A stretch of DNA of 64,000 bases from Candidatus Hodarchaeota archaeon. GTDB taxonomy: Archaea > Asgardarchaeota > Lokiarchaeia > Sigyniarchaeales > SOKP01. Under the pieces are notes generated by a model. It worked only from the letters and a program-made list of their open reading frames with translations, did no database searches and had not been told where the DNA came from. The position numbers and the translations under genes are program-made. The DNA lies in assembly GCA_048886685.1 (NCBI GenBank), contig JBHLKM010000004.1, positions 114,486 to 178,485 on the forward strand. Direction: 5' to 3'. Shown piece by piece: positions 8,393-18,657 of the stretch; the stretch's first letter is position 1, and each line of letters opens with the position of its first letter.

Positions 8393-11300
8393 GTGTTTTT
8401 TATAATGAAATTAAAAACTCTCAAAAATAGAAGAATTATCATTGCATTTACAATTCTAGGCTTCTTATCATTAAACATATTCTTTTTGAATTTGAATACA
8501 AATCAAAACTCAGGAATAAACCATCGAAATAATGATGACAATTTAGATAAAAATTTAAAACTTCAGGATTTAGCTTCTGATAACACCTATAGTGGAATAG
8601 GGGCACCTTGGAATGTAACCCACTGGGCTAACCGAACAGATTATAATTTAGAGATCGAATTTGAAAACAATACGTATGATATTCTAGAAATCCCTTTAAC
8701 TACGGGTTGGGAAGGTTACACATTAAATGCTAAGATAAATAATTTATTTGATAAACGAAATTGGTGTAATGGTTCATTTAATTTTGGAACTGATGATAAT
8801 ATAGAAACTCCAGATGATGATACGGAATTGATTGAAAATAACTTTCAAAATTGGACTTTTGGTTATGAGGATGTTATCACTTACCCAGCTCCTCCCCCAC
8901 CTGATTGGTTTGTTAATCCAATGAGTGGTAATTACTTAGATACTACTTATGGCCCAACCGATGGCCATGATTGCTTGGAATTAAGAATAGACGGAATGGA
9001 TCTTAGTGGAGATTATTATTATGATCAAGGTGATAGATGTTGGTGGAATAGTTCTTTTGAGATTCCAAGAGGTAAAGTTATTGATAGTAAATTAGAATTT
9101 GAAGTAAAAGCCATTCATATAATGGATTTTAATGATTTCGAGTTAAGATTTTATTTAAATAATGAAAGGATTTACTCAATTGGGGGATATAATATAAAAC
9201 AGCTTCATGGAACTTCATGGGGTAGTTTTTCAATACCACAAGGTCTTTGGACTAATTCTTCAAATGTATATACTAATCCAGTAAATTCATCAGTTATAGA
9301 TATTAGAGTGGAATTAAGACAATTAATCGAATGCGGATATGGTAGTGGTTTTACAAATTACGAGTATCACCAAATTTTTATTGATAATGTAAAGTTAACT
9401 GTAAAGGCGGAAGCGAAACCATCACAAATCCAGCTTAAAATGAATGAACATACAGTAAATGATATTGTTTGGGGTAAAGGAACAGTTAATCAAGTAAATA
9501 ATTGGACTACAAGTCTTGTCCAAGTAAATTATTCCAGCACTGATGTTGGGGAATTAGGAGGTTATATAATAGATTTAAATTCTGATATAAATCTATATGT
9601 AAGAAAAGATAGTCCAGAGACTAATTATGAAACTAATACCGGCTCATTAGGCACCGGCTTTTCTGTGAATAATAATAGTATAGTAAATTGGGAGTGTTAT
9701 TCTTATTTTGCGGTTCCAACAGGTTATCAAGAAACAGAAATGAGACTACAATTCCCTACAGATGTAAATATAACATGGATATCTGAACCTCAAGATCCAA
9801 ATACTAACAGATTGAGTTTGTGTGATAATTCAACTCAAGGACTTTTAATAATTCCTGTAAATGCTATATCTACAACTCCAGATGGGTATTGGAGGATTGA
9901 AGCAACATCTCCAAATTATTGTGAGCGATTAACTATATATAATAATGTGACAGGCGAATGGCTTCAAAATAATACATTTTTAAGTGGAGATTTCATTAAC
10001 ATAACTGGAAAAATAACAGATTCGTCATTGATTTCAAGTTATATCCAACAAACTGAAGCTCAGCTCCATATAAAATTTCCAAATGGTACAGTTTGGTATA
10101 GCCAAAACCAATTAAAATCTCCTGATAGTAATGGTTACATCTATTTTGATAACTTCCAGATACCTTCATTACCCCCAAATTATGAAGTTGGGGAATATCA
10201 GGCAATAATTACATGGAACAATTCATATATTTCAGGACTAAATGAAACTGGAGTTATTTGTAAGGATTTTACCATAATACACAAATCTCTCTTAATTTCT
10301 GATCAATATTTTTACGATGAAATTTTTGAAGGTGAAATGATTAATTTGAAGGTTTCCTTTAACGATAAAGAAAATTATGATGCAATACAGAATGCCATAG
10401 TATATTTAGATAATTTTAGTGGGGGAAGACAATATTTTAGTGAAATTAGTCCTGGGTATTACTTTCTGGAGTTTGATACTACTGGTGGAGTTGCCGATAA
10501 TAACACTCTTACAATTTATGCTAATTCTACATCATATACAAATTCGCAAGTAAATGTCAGTGTTGAATTAATTCAACAAACAGTCCTTACTGCTGAAGAA
10601 TATCCAACTATGCAAGTTATCTGGAATGATAATTTTACAATCCATCTTAATTATACTATGAAATCAACAGGAGATGGTATATCAACTATGCCTACAAATA
10701 ATTGGCTTGGTGAAACCCATACTGTTGAAGGGAATCCTGGAGAGTATAATATCACTTGTAATAGTTCTGCTTATGAAGTGAATAAAATTCATTCTTTAAT
10801 AATAAATGCGGATAAGGAGGGATATGAATCCAAAACGATAATTATAGGAATTTTTTTGATAAAAAGACAAATAAATATGTCAGTATATATAGATTCTTTG
10901 AAAGTTCCAGAATTATATCAAGCTAAAAAATCTTTTCATGAAGTCCTATCAGTATCTGTAAGGATTTCCGATACGGTTACAAGTGATTTCTTATCTGGTG
11001 AAGTATTAACTTTAATAAGTGAAAATTATATTCAAAATTTAACGTATACCGCTGATTTCTGGTATAATCTGTCTATTCCTTGTTCTCCCTCAAATTTCTC
11101 ATTAGGATTGAATTCAATTGATATTCGTTTTATAAAGGATAATTATGAGATATGTATTTTTTCGTTTCAATTATTAATTAATCAAATTGAGTTAACCATT
11201 GAAACAATTGGATTTGAAGATACAATTAATGCCGAAAAAGGAGAAACAATAACAGTTCAGCTACAGTTATTAGATCCTAATACAAATAAAAGTGTTGAAA

Positions 11301-12337
11301 ATGCATCTATTACTTATTCATGGAAATATGGAATAGGTTCAATTAATCAAACTACTCCAGGCATGTATCAAGCAAGTATAATTTTACCGGAAGATATACA
11401 AGGAAATTATAAATTCGAATTAATTATAACTCCTGATAATTCAACTTATAGAACAACTATATACTCTTTTATAGTTATAATTGGTGATCCTATTCCCGGT
11501 GGAAATCAATTACCAAGTATTCTATTATGGATAATCATCGCGATTTTAGTGAGTATAGTTAGTGTTTTAGGTGCTTTAAGTATGAGATCTTACGTGATTT
11601 TACCGCGAAAGAGGAAGAAAGAATCAGAATTATTATCAAAAACACAAAGATTTAAGGATCTTAAAAATATTCAGGCTATTGTAGTTGTCCATAAGTTGAG
11701 CGGGATACCTATTTATTCGAAGAGCTATTCGATTTTGGAAAAACACAAGAAGGAATTATTTTCAGGATTTATTCAAGCTATAACCACAGTTGGAGAAGAA
11801 TTTTCTGAAAGGGAAGCTAGTATGGAAGAATCTAAAGACTCATCGAAAGGTTATGGCATTGAGAAAATAATTGAATTGGATTTCAAGTATTTCTATTGTT
11901 TAATTGCAGATAAGGATGATATAAGAGTTGTATTCATCTTAAGAGAAAAATCTTCTGAAAGGTTAAAAAGTCAAGTATCTAATTTAATTTTAGCTTTAAA
12001 CCTAAAATTATCTATAGAATTGGAAAATTGGGATGGTTCATTAGACAGGTTCGAAGAAGTGGTTCCTTTAATAATAAATGAATACTTTGAATTGCACTAC
12101 AAAGGCTCTTTCAGATTACCTGGAAAGATAAATCTCTTTCAATTACGAAAAGATAAAAGCTTGAACAAGTTAGAAGTCCGTACGTTAAACGTGATCCAAT
12201 CAATATCAAAAAGAAACAATAATATTGTTAATCTGGATAATGTTATAGAATTAGTTCACGAGGAAAATAAAGATCTCATAATTGTAGCTATTGAATCGTT
12301 GATAGAGAAAAAATTTATTTTACCGATTAATTCTTAA
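8393..12337 (+). CDS. Large single-pass surface protein: beta-rich glycosylated ectodomain, TM, cytoplasmic longin-like + winged-helix-like tail
   Basis: N-terminal signal/anchor (probable start 8405), many N-x-S/T sequons, TM ILLWIIIAILVSIVSVLGAL, then AIVVVHKLSGIPIYSK...LFSGFIQAITT. Confidence 0.85.
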   Translation: MFFIMKLKTLKNRRIIIAFTILGFLSLNIFFLNLNTNQNSGINHRNNDDNLDKNLKLQDLASDNTYSGIGAPWNVTHWANRTDYNLEIEFENNTYDILEIPLTTGWEGYTLNAKINNLFDKRNWCNGSFNFGTDDNIETPDDDTELIENNFQNWTFGYEDVITYPAPPPPDWFVNPMSGNYLDTTYGPTDGHDCLELRIDGMDLSGDYYYDQGDRCWWNSSFEIPRGKVIDSKLEFEVKAIHIMDFNDFELRFYLNNERIYSIGGYNIKQLHGTSWGSFSIPQGLWTNSSNVYTNPVNSSVIDIRVELRQLIECGYGSGFTNYEYHQIFIDNVKLTVKAEAKPSQIQLKMNEHTVNDIVWGKGTVNQVNNWTTSLVQVNYSSTDVGELGGYIIDLNSDINLYVRKDSPETNYETNTGSLGTGFSVNNNSIVNWECYSYFAVPTGYQETEMRLQFPTDVNITWISEPQDPNTNRLSLCDNSTQGLLIIPVNAISTTPDGYWRIEATSPNYCERLTIYNNVTGEWLQNNTFLSGDFINITGKITDSSLISSYIQQTEAQLHIKFPNGTVWYSQNQLKSPDSNGYIYFDNFQIPSLPPNYEVGEYQAIITWNNSYISGLNETGVICKDFTIIHKSLLISDQYFYDEIFEGEMINLKVSFNDKENYDAIQNAIVYLDNFSGGRQYFSEISPGYYFLEFDTTGGVADNNTLTIYANSTSYTNSQVNVSVELIQQTVLTAEEYPTMQVIWNDNFTIHLNYTMKSTGDGISTMPTNNWLGETHTVEGNPGEYNITCNSSAYEVNKIHSLIINADKEGYESKTIIIGIFLIKRQINMSVYIDSLKVPELYQAKKSFHEVLSVSVRISDTVTSDFLSGEVLTLISENYIQNLTYTADFWYNLSIPCSPSNFSLGLNSIDIRFIKDNYEICIFSFQLLINQIELTIETIGFEDTINAEKGETITVQLQLLDPNTNKSVENASITYSWKYGIGSINQTTPGMYQASIILPEDIQGNYKFELIITPDNSTYRTTIYSFIVIIGDPIPGGNQLPSILLWIIIAILVSIVSVLGALSMRSYVILPRKRKKESELLSKTQRFKDLKNIQAIVVVHKLSGIPIYSKSYSILEKHKKELFSGFIQAITTVGEEFSEREASMEESKDSSKGYGIEKIIELDFKYFYCLIADKDDIRVVFILREKSSERLKSQVSNLILALNLKLSIELENWDGSLDRFEEVVPLIINEYFELHYKGSFRLPGKINLFQLRKDKSLNKLEVRTLNVIQSISKRNNNIVNLDNVIELVHEENKDLIIVAIESLIEKKFILPINS

Positions 12338-12382
12338 ATTTATTACACAAAAATTCAAATTTTAAAATTCTTTTCTTTTATT

Positions 12383-13024
12383 TTGATGCTAAATCCGAAG
12401 GATTTAAAATTTGCCTGTACTAGGTGTGGGAATTGTTGCACTGATAGAAATACGCTTGTAAATGTTACTTACTTAGATATTGGTAGAATAATTAACAGTT
12501 TAAACTTGGATTTAAAAGAATCGCTTGAAATTTTCGGATTTTACATATATGATAAAGCCTTAAATAATATCATCCTTGAGAAAATGGTAATTTCACCAAT
12601 AGAAACTGAAAAGGGATTAGCTTTTATTGGACTTATGAAAAATAATCGGGGTGAGTGTTACTTCTATGATAAAAAAAATCAGAAATGTTTAATTTATAGT
12701 TTAAGGCCCTTACTTTGTAAATCATTTCCTTTTTCATTTATTCAGTTAAATAATAACAATTTTATTACTGAAGGAAGAATTCAAATTATATATACTGAGA
12801 AGGCTAAGAAATATTGCCCCGGAATAGGTAATAATGCTCCTCCTATTGACATTGATTATTGGCTTGAATTAGCAAATAGGACGTTAAGGGAATTAAAGGA
12901 TAATTATATTTTTAATGAAAATTGGAATAATATTGTAAAAAATAGAGAAATTATTCCTTCTGCAAAGAATTTTATTAATAGAATAATTAGTATGGTTGAA
13001 GAACAAGTTTTTAATTTAAATTAA
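12383..13024 (+). CDS. YkgJ-family CxxCxxCC cysteine-cluster protein
   Basis: FACTRCGNCC, CYFYD...CLIYSLRPLLCKSFPF, CPGIG. Confidence 0.9.
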   Translation: MMLNPKDLKFACTRCGNCCTDRNTLVNVTYLDIGRIINSLNLDLKESLEIFGFYIYDKALNNIILEKMVISPIETEKGLAFIGLMKNNRGECYFYDKKNQKCLIYSLRPLLCKSFPFSFIQLNNNNFITEGRIQIIYTEKAKKYCPGIGNNAPPIDIDYWLELANRTLRELKDNYIFNENWNNIVKNREIIPSAKNFINRIISMVEEQVFNLN

Positions 13025-13048
13025 GCTTAATTTTTTCTATTTTTCACT

Positions 13049-14260
13049 CTAGAGGTTTAATAAATTTTTAGGAGAATATTGAGAGCACGCTAATAATGCC
13101 CAAAACAGCATTCTTAATTCTATTTTATATGCTAATTTGTCAATACGCCAATTAAAATCTCTATCAAGATTCTCCAAATTAAAGAAGTCCGTCGATTTTA
13201 TAATATAATTGAGTAATCGGCTACATAAAATTGACTCTTGCTCTTTTAAGTTAAGCATATCTAAGATTAACAATGTTTTAGCAGATTCTGTTATTGAATC
13301 ACTAATAGCTCCCTTCGGTGTCAATAATTTTTTGAGCTCATTTACATAAGGCACTGATAATTCTGTAAGCTTTACATTCTTATCCAAAAATTTAATAACA
13401 GCTAATTGACTATAAAAATCTAAGGTTGGGTTCAGGCCTTTTATATTTAATATATTTAAATTTAATACTTGTTTTAATAAGGCATCTTTACGCGATGATA
13501 TTATTTCATTTCGTGCTAATAGTTGTAAGCAAAGCAAAGTGTAGTAATTCAATTCTAATTTTTCAGGCAGAAAATCCTTCAATTCCATTTTAAGAAATTC
13601 TTCAGTAGCGTTTAGGTTTATAATGTTAGTTTTGTGGATTAAATTCAATTCAGTTACAATTGAAAGACCATAAAATATGTTAATTGAATCTGGTATCGCA
13701 TTTCTTGATGAGCTAAAGATCATTTCAGTTATATGATTTCTTAGAACATCTAATATCTCGATTGAAGAGAAAGGAAATTTTGCATTTGTCATTTTCAAAA
13801 TAGATATAAAATAGAAGAGGGTTTCTAAATCTAAAAAATCTGGATTAATCAGTCTAGAATTTAAAAGATTTTCAAAATTTATTTTGAATTTATTAAGAAG
13901 TTCAGGGTGTATTGAGGGTAAGTTACCAAAATGATCAAGAAAAATTACCTCCTCTGTCTTGAAGGCAAAATCTCTTGGTACAGTTTTTAAGGGATCAGAG
14001 ATGTTTTGAGTTGTTGAAGTAGGTGTCTGATTGATTTTTTTCTTAACTTTTAATGACTTTTCTTTAGGAATAACATTTTCCAATTGGTCTAGTGAAGATT
14101 GTAATAGATCTTTTTTAGGGGTCTTTAGAGTTTCAATAATATCCTTTTTAGCTTCTTGTAATTGTACAAGAATATTTGATTCACAACTGATCTTCTCTTC
14201 TTGTTTCTCTATTTCTTCCTCTTTTTTCATGGTGGAATAGTGAGTCTTTTTTGGATTCAC
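13049..14260 (-). CDS. Hypothetical alpha-helical protein, possibly with a decayed 5' end
   Basis: 403 aa ORF. Coding-like sequence continues upstream to about 14373 across a stop and a frameshift. Confidence 0.65.
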   Translation of the reverse strand: MNPKKTHYSTMKKEEEIEKQEEKISCESNILVQLQEAKKDIIETLKTPKKDLLQSSLDQLENVIPKEKSLKVKKKINQTPTSTTQNISDPLKTVPRDFAFKTEEVIFLDHFGNLPSIHPELLNKFKINFENLLNSRLINPDFLDLETLFYFISILKMTNAKFPFSSIEILDVLRNHITEMIFSSSRNAIPDSINIFYGLSIVTELNLIHKTNIINLNATEEFLKMELKDFLPEKLELNYYTLLCLQLLARNEIISSRKDALLKQVLNLNILNIKGLNPTLDFYSQLAVIKFLDKNVKLTELSVPYVNELKKLLTPKGAISDSITESAKTLLILDMLNLKEQESILCSRLLNYIIKSTDFFNLENLDRDFNWRIDKLAYKIELRMLFWALLACSQYSPKNLLNL

Positions 14261-14449
14261 TTTGAATGTTTTTATATTAATAGATTAATCAGAGAAATTT
14301 AAATTTTCTTCAATACCTGGGAAGGTCTCAATAATTGTATAAATTTAGTGAGAAAAATGACACGATCTTCCATTTCCTAATTTCCTAACAATTCACTGTT
14401 AAATGTTGAAAATTATTTAACTATATTAACATTTATATGTCATAAAAGA

Positions 14450-15208
14450 ATGAAACATTTTCATTTCATGGAGGGTTATAACTACAACCATATTGCAAAA
14501 GACTATCATTTAAAAAGAAGTAAACCATGGAGACCACTTGAGTTTTTTTTAAATTTTTTAAAGAATAAGGGTTATAATTTTAGTGGATTAGGTTTGGATT
14601 TAGGATGTGCTAATGGCAGAAACTTTAAAATTTTAGGAACACATCCTAAGAAATTAATAGGTATTGATCTATCACTTGAACTAGTAAAAATTGCTAATAT
14701 TGATTTAAGGAATACCGATCATTATTCTAAAATTGAATCGAATTTAATTCAAGTTCTTCTTGCTGACATAAGAAACCTCCCGATTCGAAGAAATTCAATC
14801 CAAAATATTTATTCAATTGCTACAATTCACCACATCAAAAATAGATCTGACAGAAAAGATTTAATAACACAAATCAATGATTTACTCTCATTTAAGGGAA
14901 ATTTAGTTATCACAGTATGGCGTAAGTGGCAAAAAAAATATAGAAGTTATTTTCTTTTAGATGGATTTAAAAGAAAATTTAGTTTTAACCATGACAAACA
15001 GCAAAAAATGGTTGGTTTGGAAGAATTTGGTGATAAGTTTGTCCCATGGAGTCTTCCAGGAGAAAATAAAGTATATAATAGGTTTTATCACTTTTTCTCC
15101 AAACGGGAGATAAAAAAACTGTTAAAGATCTTTAATATCAAAGAGTTTAATATAATGGGAGGCCCAAGTAATAGTGATAACTTCTTTATATTCGCTCAAA
15201 AAAGATAA
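14450..15208 (+). CDS. Class I SAM-dependent methyltransferase, Trm9/ALKBH8-like (tRNA wobble uridine)
   Basis: LDLGCANGRN, SIATIHHI, ITVW, FGDKFVPW, RFYHFF, the motif series seen in Trm9-type enzymes. Confidence 0.75.
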   Translation: MKHFHFMEGYNYNHIAKDYHLKRSKPWRPLEFFLNFLKNKGYNFSGLGLDLGCANGRNFKILGTHPKKLIGIDLSLELVKIANIDLRNTDHYSKIESNLIQVLLADIRNLPIRRNSIQNIYSIATIHHIKNRSDRKDLITQINDLLSFKGNLVITVWRKWQKKYRSYFLLDGFKRKFSFNHDKQQKMVGLEEFGDKFVPWSLPGENKVYNRFYHFFSKREIKKLLKIFNIKEFNIMGGPSNSDNFFIFAQKR

Positions 15209-15703
15209 TTATTGATGACATTCAATAAATTTATATGATTTTATTATATACGGTTGGTAATTTTCGTACATACTTTCTATTATAGAAGTGTGAATGTCAA
15301 ATAATCGTTCAGAAATTTCACAATAGAAAATACCATGTATTACTTTTTCAACATAATATCTTTTCCTTATCATCTTCCTTCGCTGCCCAAACCAAAATGT
15401 AAATTCATGACTCATTAACCAGTCTCTTTCCTTTTTAGTAACTACAATCCCAATCGCATTATAAGTCTCAATACTCTTCTCTACTTCTTTATAGTAAAAA
15501 AGATTCATCCTTTCTCTTTTCTCCCATTTTATTTCAAATGTAGAGGTTGCCCCCCAAATCTCATCATAATCATCTTGAGAATGCAATAGAATGTATCCAT
15601 TATTCTCATCGCCTTCATATTCTATTTCTTTAAACCAAATTGGCATTTTGTTAATATTTAAATTACATTCTGGTTTATTGTAGATAAAAAAATTGTATTC
15701 CAT
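15209..15703 (-). CDS. Hypothetical protein
   Basis: 164 aa ORF, aromatic-rich, ends ECHQ; abuts the convergent gene. Confidence 0.65.
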   Translation of the reverse strand: MEYNFFIYNKPECNLNINKMPIWFKEIEYEGDENNGYILLHSQDDYDEIWGATSTFEIKWEKRERMNLFYYKEVEKSIETYNAIGIVVTKKERDWLMSHEFTFWFGQRRKMIRKRYYVEKVIHGIFYCEISERLFDIHTSIIESMYENYQPYIIKSYKFIECHQ

Positions 15704-15849
15704 GTTTATACTTGTCTTATTTGATTTTAGATTTATTAAATAAACTTATTTCTAAAATAGATTATGTATTTATAAAACTTCTGATATTTGAAAAGACCTT
15801 CATAATAAAGGAAAAGTAAGATTTTGAAGAATAAGAAGAATCAATAATA

Positions 15850-16458
15850 TTACTTGGTGATCTCTTTACCTTCTTCAATCCAAAATTTTAATCTATCTAA
15901 TGATACTCCTTTGATTAACGACGCTAATTCCTCTGGATTTTCATTACATAGATCTTCAACTGTATTAACTCCAAGTTCAATGAATTTTTTTGCTGTAGTA
16001 GCACCTAATCCCGGTAAATCAGTTAAAGGAGTTCCTCTCTCTTCAATTTTAATTTTCTCGGCTTTAACAGGTTTAATTTTCTCTTTTTTCACGGGTTTTG
16101 GTTTTTCTTTAACCACAGCTTTTTTAGGTGCTTTTTCAATGACCTTTTTGGGTACAACTTTGGGTTTTTCTTTCTTAGGTTTGAAAGGAGTACCTTTTTT
16201 CTCCTTTTTAATAAATGGTTCTCTCTTCGTAATTTTTTTCTCTTGTATTTTTAAATTCTTTAATAGTTCAATATTCTCAGGATAAGCAGAAACTCTAAAA
16301 TAATCTATATTAATTCTCAGCTCTTTTAATTGATTAATACTCCTCCCAGATTCTTTTATCTCCTTTAAAGAGAAGCCTTTACCCTTCCTCCTATGTGAAT
16401 CTTTAGTGGGACTCTTTACAGTAGCAATGACTTCCGTTTTGCTCTTCATAATTATCAC
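15850..16458 (-). CDS. rpl13e: Ribosomal protein L13e with Lys-rich linker and C-terminal helix-hairpin-helix domain
   Basis: RKGKGFSLKEIKESG...INIDYFRVSAYPENIELL (L13e); LTDLPGLGATTAKKFIELGV (HhH). Confidence 0.85.
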   Translation of the reverse strand: MIIMKSKTEVIATVKSPTKDSHRRKGKGFSLKEIKESGRSINQLKELRINIDYFRVSAYPENIELLKNLKIQEKKITKREPFIKKEKKGTPFKPKKEKPKVVPKKVIEKAPKKAVVKEKPKPVKKEKIKPVKAEKIKIEERGTPLTDLPGLGATTAKKFIELGVNTVEDLCNENPEELASLIKGVSLDRLKFWIEEGKEITK

Positions 16459-16583
16459 ATTATTATAAGGTAGTTTTGATAAACTAAGAAAACTTTTATT
16501 TTTTTCTATTTAGATACAATCCTATTTAGAAGATATATTCATTATTTAGTTTAAGCGACTATAAATATAGAAGAAGAGAATTC

Positions 16584-17219
16584 TTATATCCTAATAATAT
16601 CCAATTTTTCTAAATTCTTAAGGGCATCATAGATTTCATTTCTTTTTTTATCTAAGTTTCTCGAAATCTTTAATGGCGAATTTTTCCCTGTACATAACAA
16701 GGCAATTTGAAATTCAATATTATTAATCACTCCCATGGTTAAGATTTTATCTAACACGTTTTTGGCAACAAGTAATTTTGGAAATACCTCTGCTATTTTT
16801 CCTCCTATAGTAAGATTCTCAATATCCGCATTTAAAGTCTGGAACCTACTTTTTTCAGTTGTAGTTCTGAATACTTTGAGATCCGACCGATGTTTTTTCC
16901 AAAACCTATTAGCAATTTTATGAATAACTTCTTTTATTTTCTCAGTATCATCATCTGCATCTGAAATCGAACAAAAGAGAATTCTAGAGAGGGGATGATA
17001 ATATATAAAAATTGTCGAATCTTCCGACTCTAAAACTCTATCCATCTCATTGACTCTTCTTCCTTTAGCCATAGATTCTTGTATAATATCAATCGTCTTA
17101 TTAATTGCATTAAAAAATCCAGTTAATAAATCATCTTGAATCTTTTTTAATTCTTTAAATGTTGCCTCAAAGAGAGAGATTCCATTATCAGCATCAATTA
17201 AATATGTCTTATAGATAAT
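16584..17219 (-). CDS. Longin-like domain + C-terminal winged-helix protein (probable ATT start at 17219)
   Basis: Frame of ORF 16584-17072 stays open 49 codons upstream: IIYKTYLIDADNGISLFEATF...DDLLTGFFNAIN, preceded by GAGG. C-terminal SPLKISRNL...EIYDALKNLEKLDII. Confidence 0.7.
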   Translation of the reverse strand: MIYKTYLIDADNGISLFEATFKELKKIQDDLLTGFFNAINKTIDIIQESMAKGRRVNEMDRVLESEDSTIFIYYHPLSRILFCSISDADDDTEKIKEVIHKIANRFWKKHRSDLKVFRTTTEKSRFQTLNADIENLTIGGKIAEVFPKLLVAKNVLDKILTMGVINNIEFQIALLCTGKNSPLKISRNLDKKRNEIYDALKNLEKLDIIRI

Positions 17220-17421
17220 TTTTTCCTCAACTGGCCTTAATTCGTTAGAGATTTAAAAAGTTAATAATAATTTTCCTATTAAAGACATAAAAATTTACAA
17301 TAATAAAAATATCCAAACAGAAATTAAGATATGATTTTCATTCAAATTCAAAAGAAATAAAATTATAAGTTGAGAGTTTTATACATTTTATAACAAATAT
17401 TCATACACTAAATTTTTAAGA

Positions 17422-18627
17422 ATGAAAGCTAAAGCTAAGTACATTGGAATATATTTACTCTTCTTCCCTATCGTATTTTCAGCCTATTCAACTATCCCAT
17501 TACTTTCTACGGTATCGCATACTAATCCTTTCATTTCATCCCCGGTTTTTGGTGTTTCTAATTTTGAAATAACTCAAAATGTAACATATCAAGTTGAAAT
17601 CAATTTTACGCTGACACAGACCTTAGGATCTGGAAATTATTATTTTAAATTTCCTAGGATAGATGATAGATTGCCTAATTCTTTAGATACTATGTATACG
17701 CCACCCTATCAAGATAGTGAACTTCTACATAACAATATAACGGGATACGATGCGATACTTATGAATATTAAAGATAAATTTAACAATACTCATGATTGGT
17801 TTAATGCTACATTAGGAGCTGGAGAAAAAGTTTCAATAAGTCAAAAATATATTGTCGGATTAAATGCGATTAAATTTTCCGGGATTAACGAATCTGAGAT
17901 TGGAATTTATGATACTTCAGATGAAATTTTTGAATTATACTGTAATAAAACAGAAACTTGTTATGAAAGGAATGAAACATCTTTAATTTCTTTATCTAAT
18001 AGTATTGTAAATCCTAGCGATAATCCTATAGAAAAAGCAAAAAAGATTTATAACTGGGTTTCTGATAATATTGAATATACCGGGGATCTAACTGACGAAA
18101 TGGGAGCCTTATGGGCGTATACCAATTTAAAAGGTGATTGTAGTGAGTTTTCAAGCTTAATGATTACATTATTGCGAATTCAAAATATACCTGCTCGTAA
18201 AATAACAGGTTATTTAGTGTCAAATAATCCCTCATTACGCCCAAAGCCAGGGGATATATGGAGTTTTGATGCCAATGAAATTATGGGACATGCATGGATG
18301 GAATATTATGTTCCTGATATAGGTTGGATAGCTTGTGATCCTTTGTGGGAATATTTTAATAGAATTGATTATCTTCGCTTTAATTTAAATGTAGGTGCTA
18401 ATTTTTTCTTCCCACCTGGCGATGTCATAAGTGAATTTAATAGGTTATTCTCTGCAACTTCAATGTTCCATGATTATGATTACAACATTACTGTAACGGT
18501 AATAGAATCTAATCTTGCTCCTTTAGATTCAATTCCATTGATGTTTTATGTGTTTATTGCAATTGGGTTAGCTGCTATACTAATCACTGTTCTTCTCATC
18601 ATACGAATTAAGAGACATAAAGGATAA
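17422..18627 (+). CDS. Membrane-anchored transglutaminase-like protein
   Basis: Catalytic triad motifs GDCSEFS, GHAWMEYY, WIACDP; N-terminal signal and C-terminal TM with basic tail. Confidence 0.9.
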   Translation: MKAKAKYIGIYLLFFPIVFSAYSTIPLLSTVSHTNPFISSPVFGVSNFEITQNVTYQVEINFTLTQTLGSGNYYFKFPRIDDRLPNSLDTMYTPPYQDSELLHNNITGYDAILMNIKDKFNNTHDWFNATLGAGEKVSISQKYIVGLNAIKFSGINESEIGIYDTSDEIFELYCNKTETCYERNETSLISLSNSIVNPSDNPIEKAKKIYNWVSDNIEYTGDLTDEMGALWAYTNLKGDCSEFSSLMITLLRIQNIPARKITGYLVSNNPSLRPKPGDIWSFDANEIMGHAWMEYYVPDIGWIACDPLWEYFNRIDYLRFNLNVGANFFFPPGDVISEFNRLFSATSMFHDYDYNITVTVIESNLAPLDSIPLMFYVFIAIGLAAILITVLLIIRIKRHKG

Positions 18628-18657
18628 TATTAGTGAATATTAAATTATTTTTTTTTT

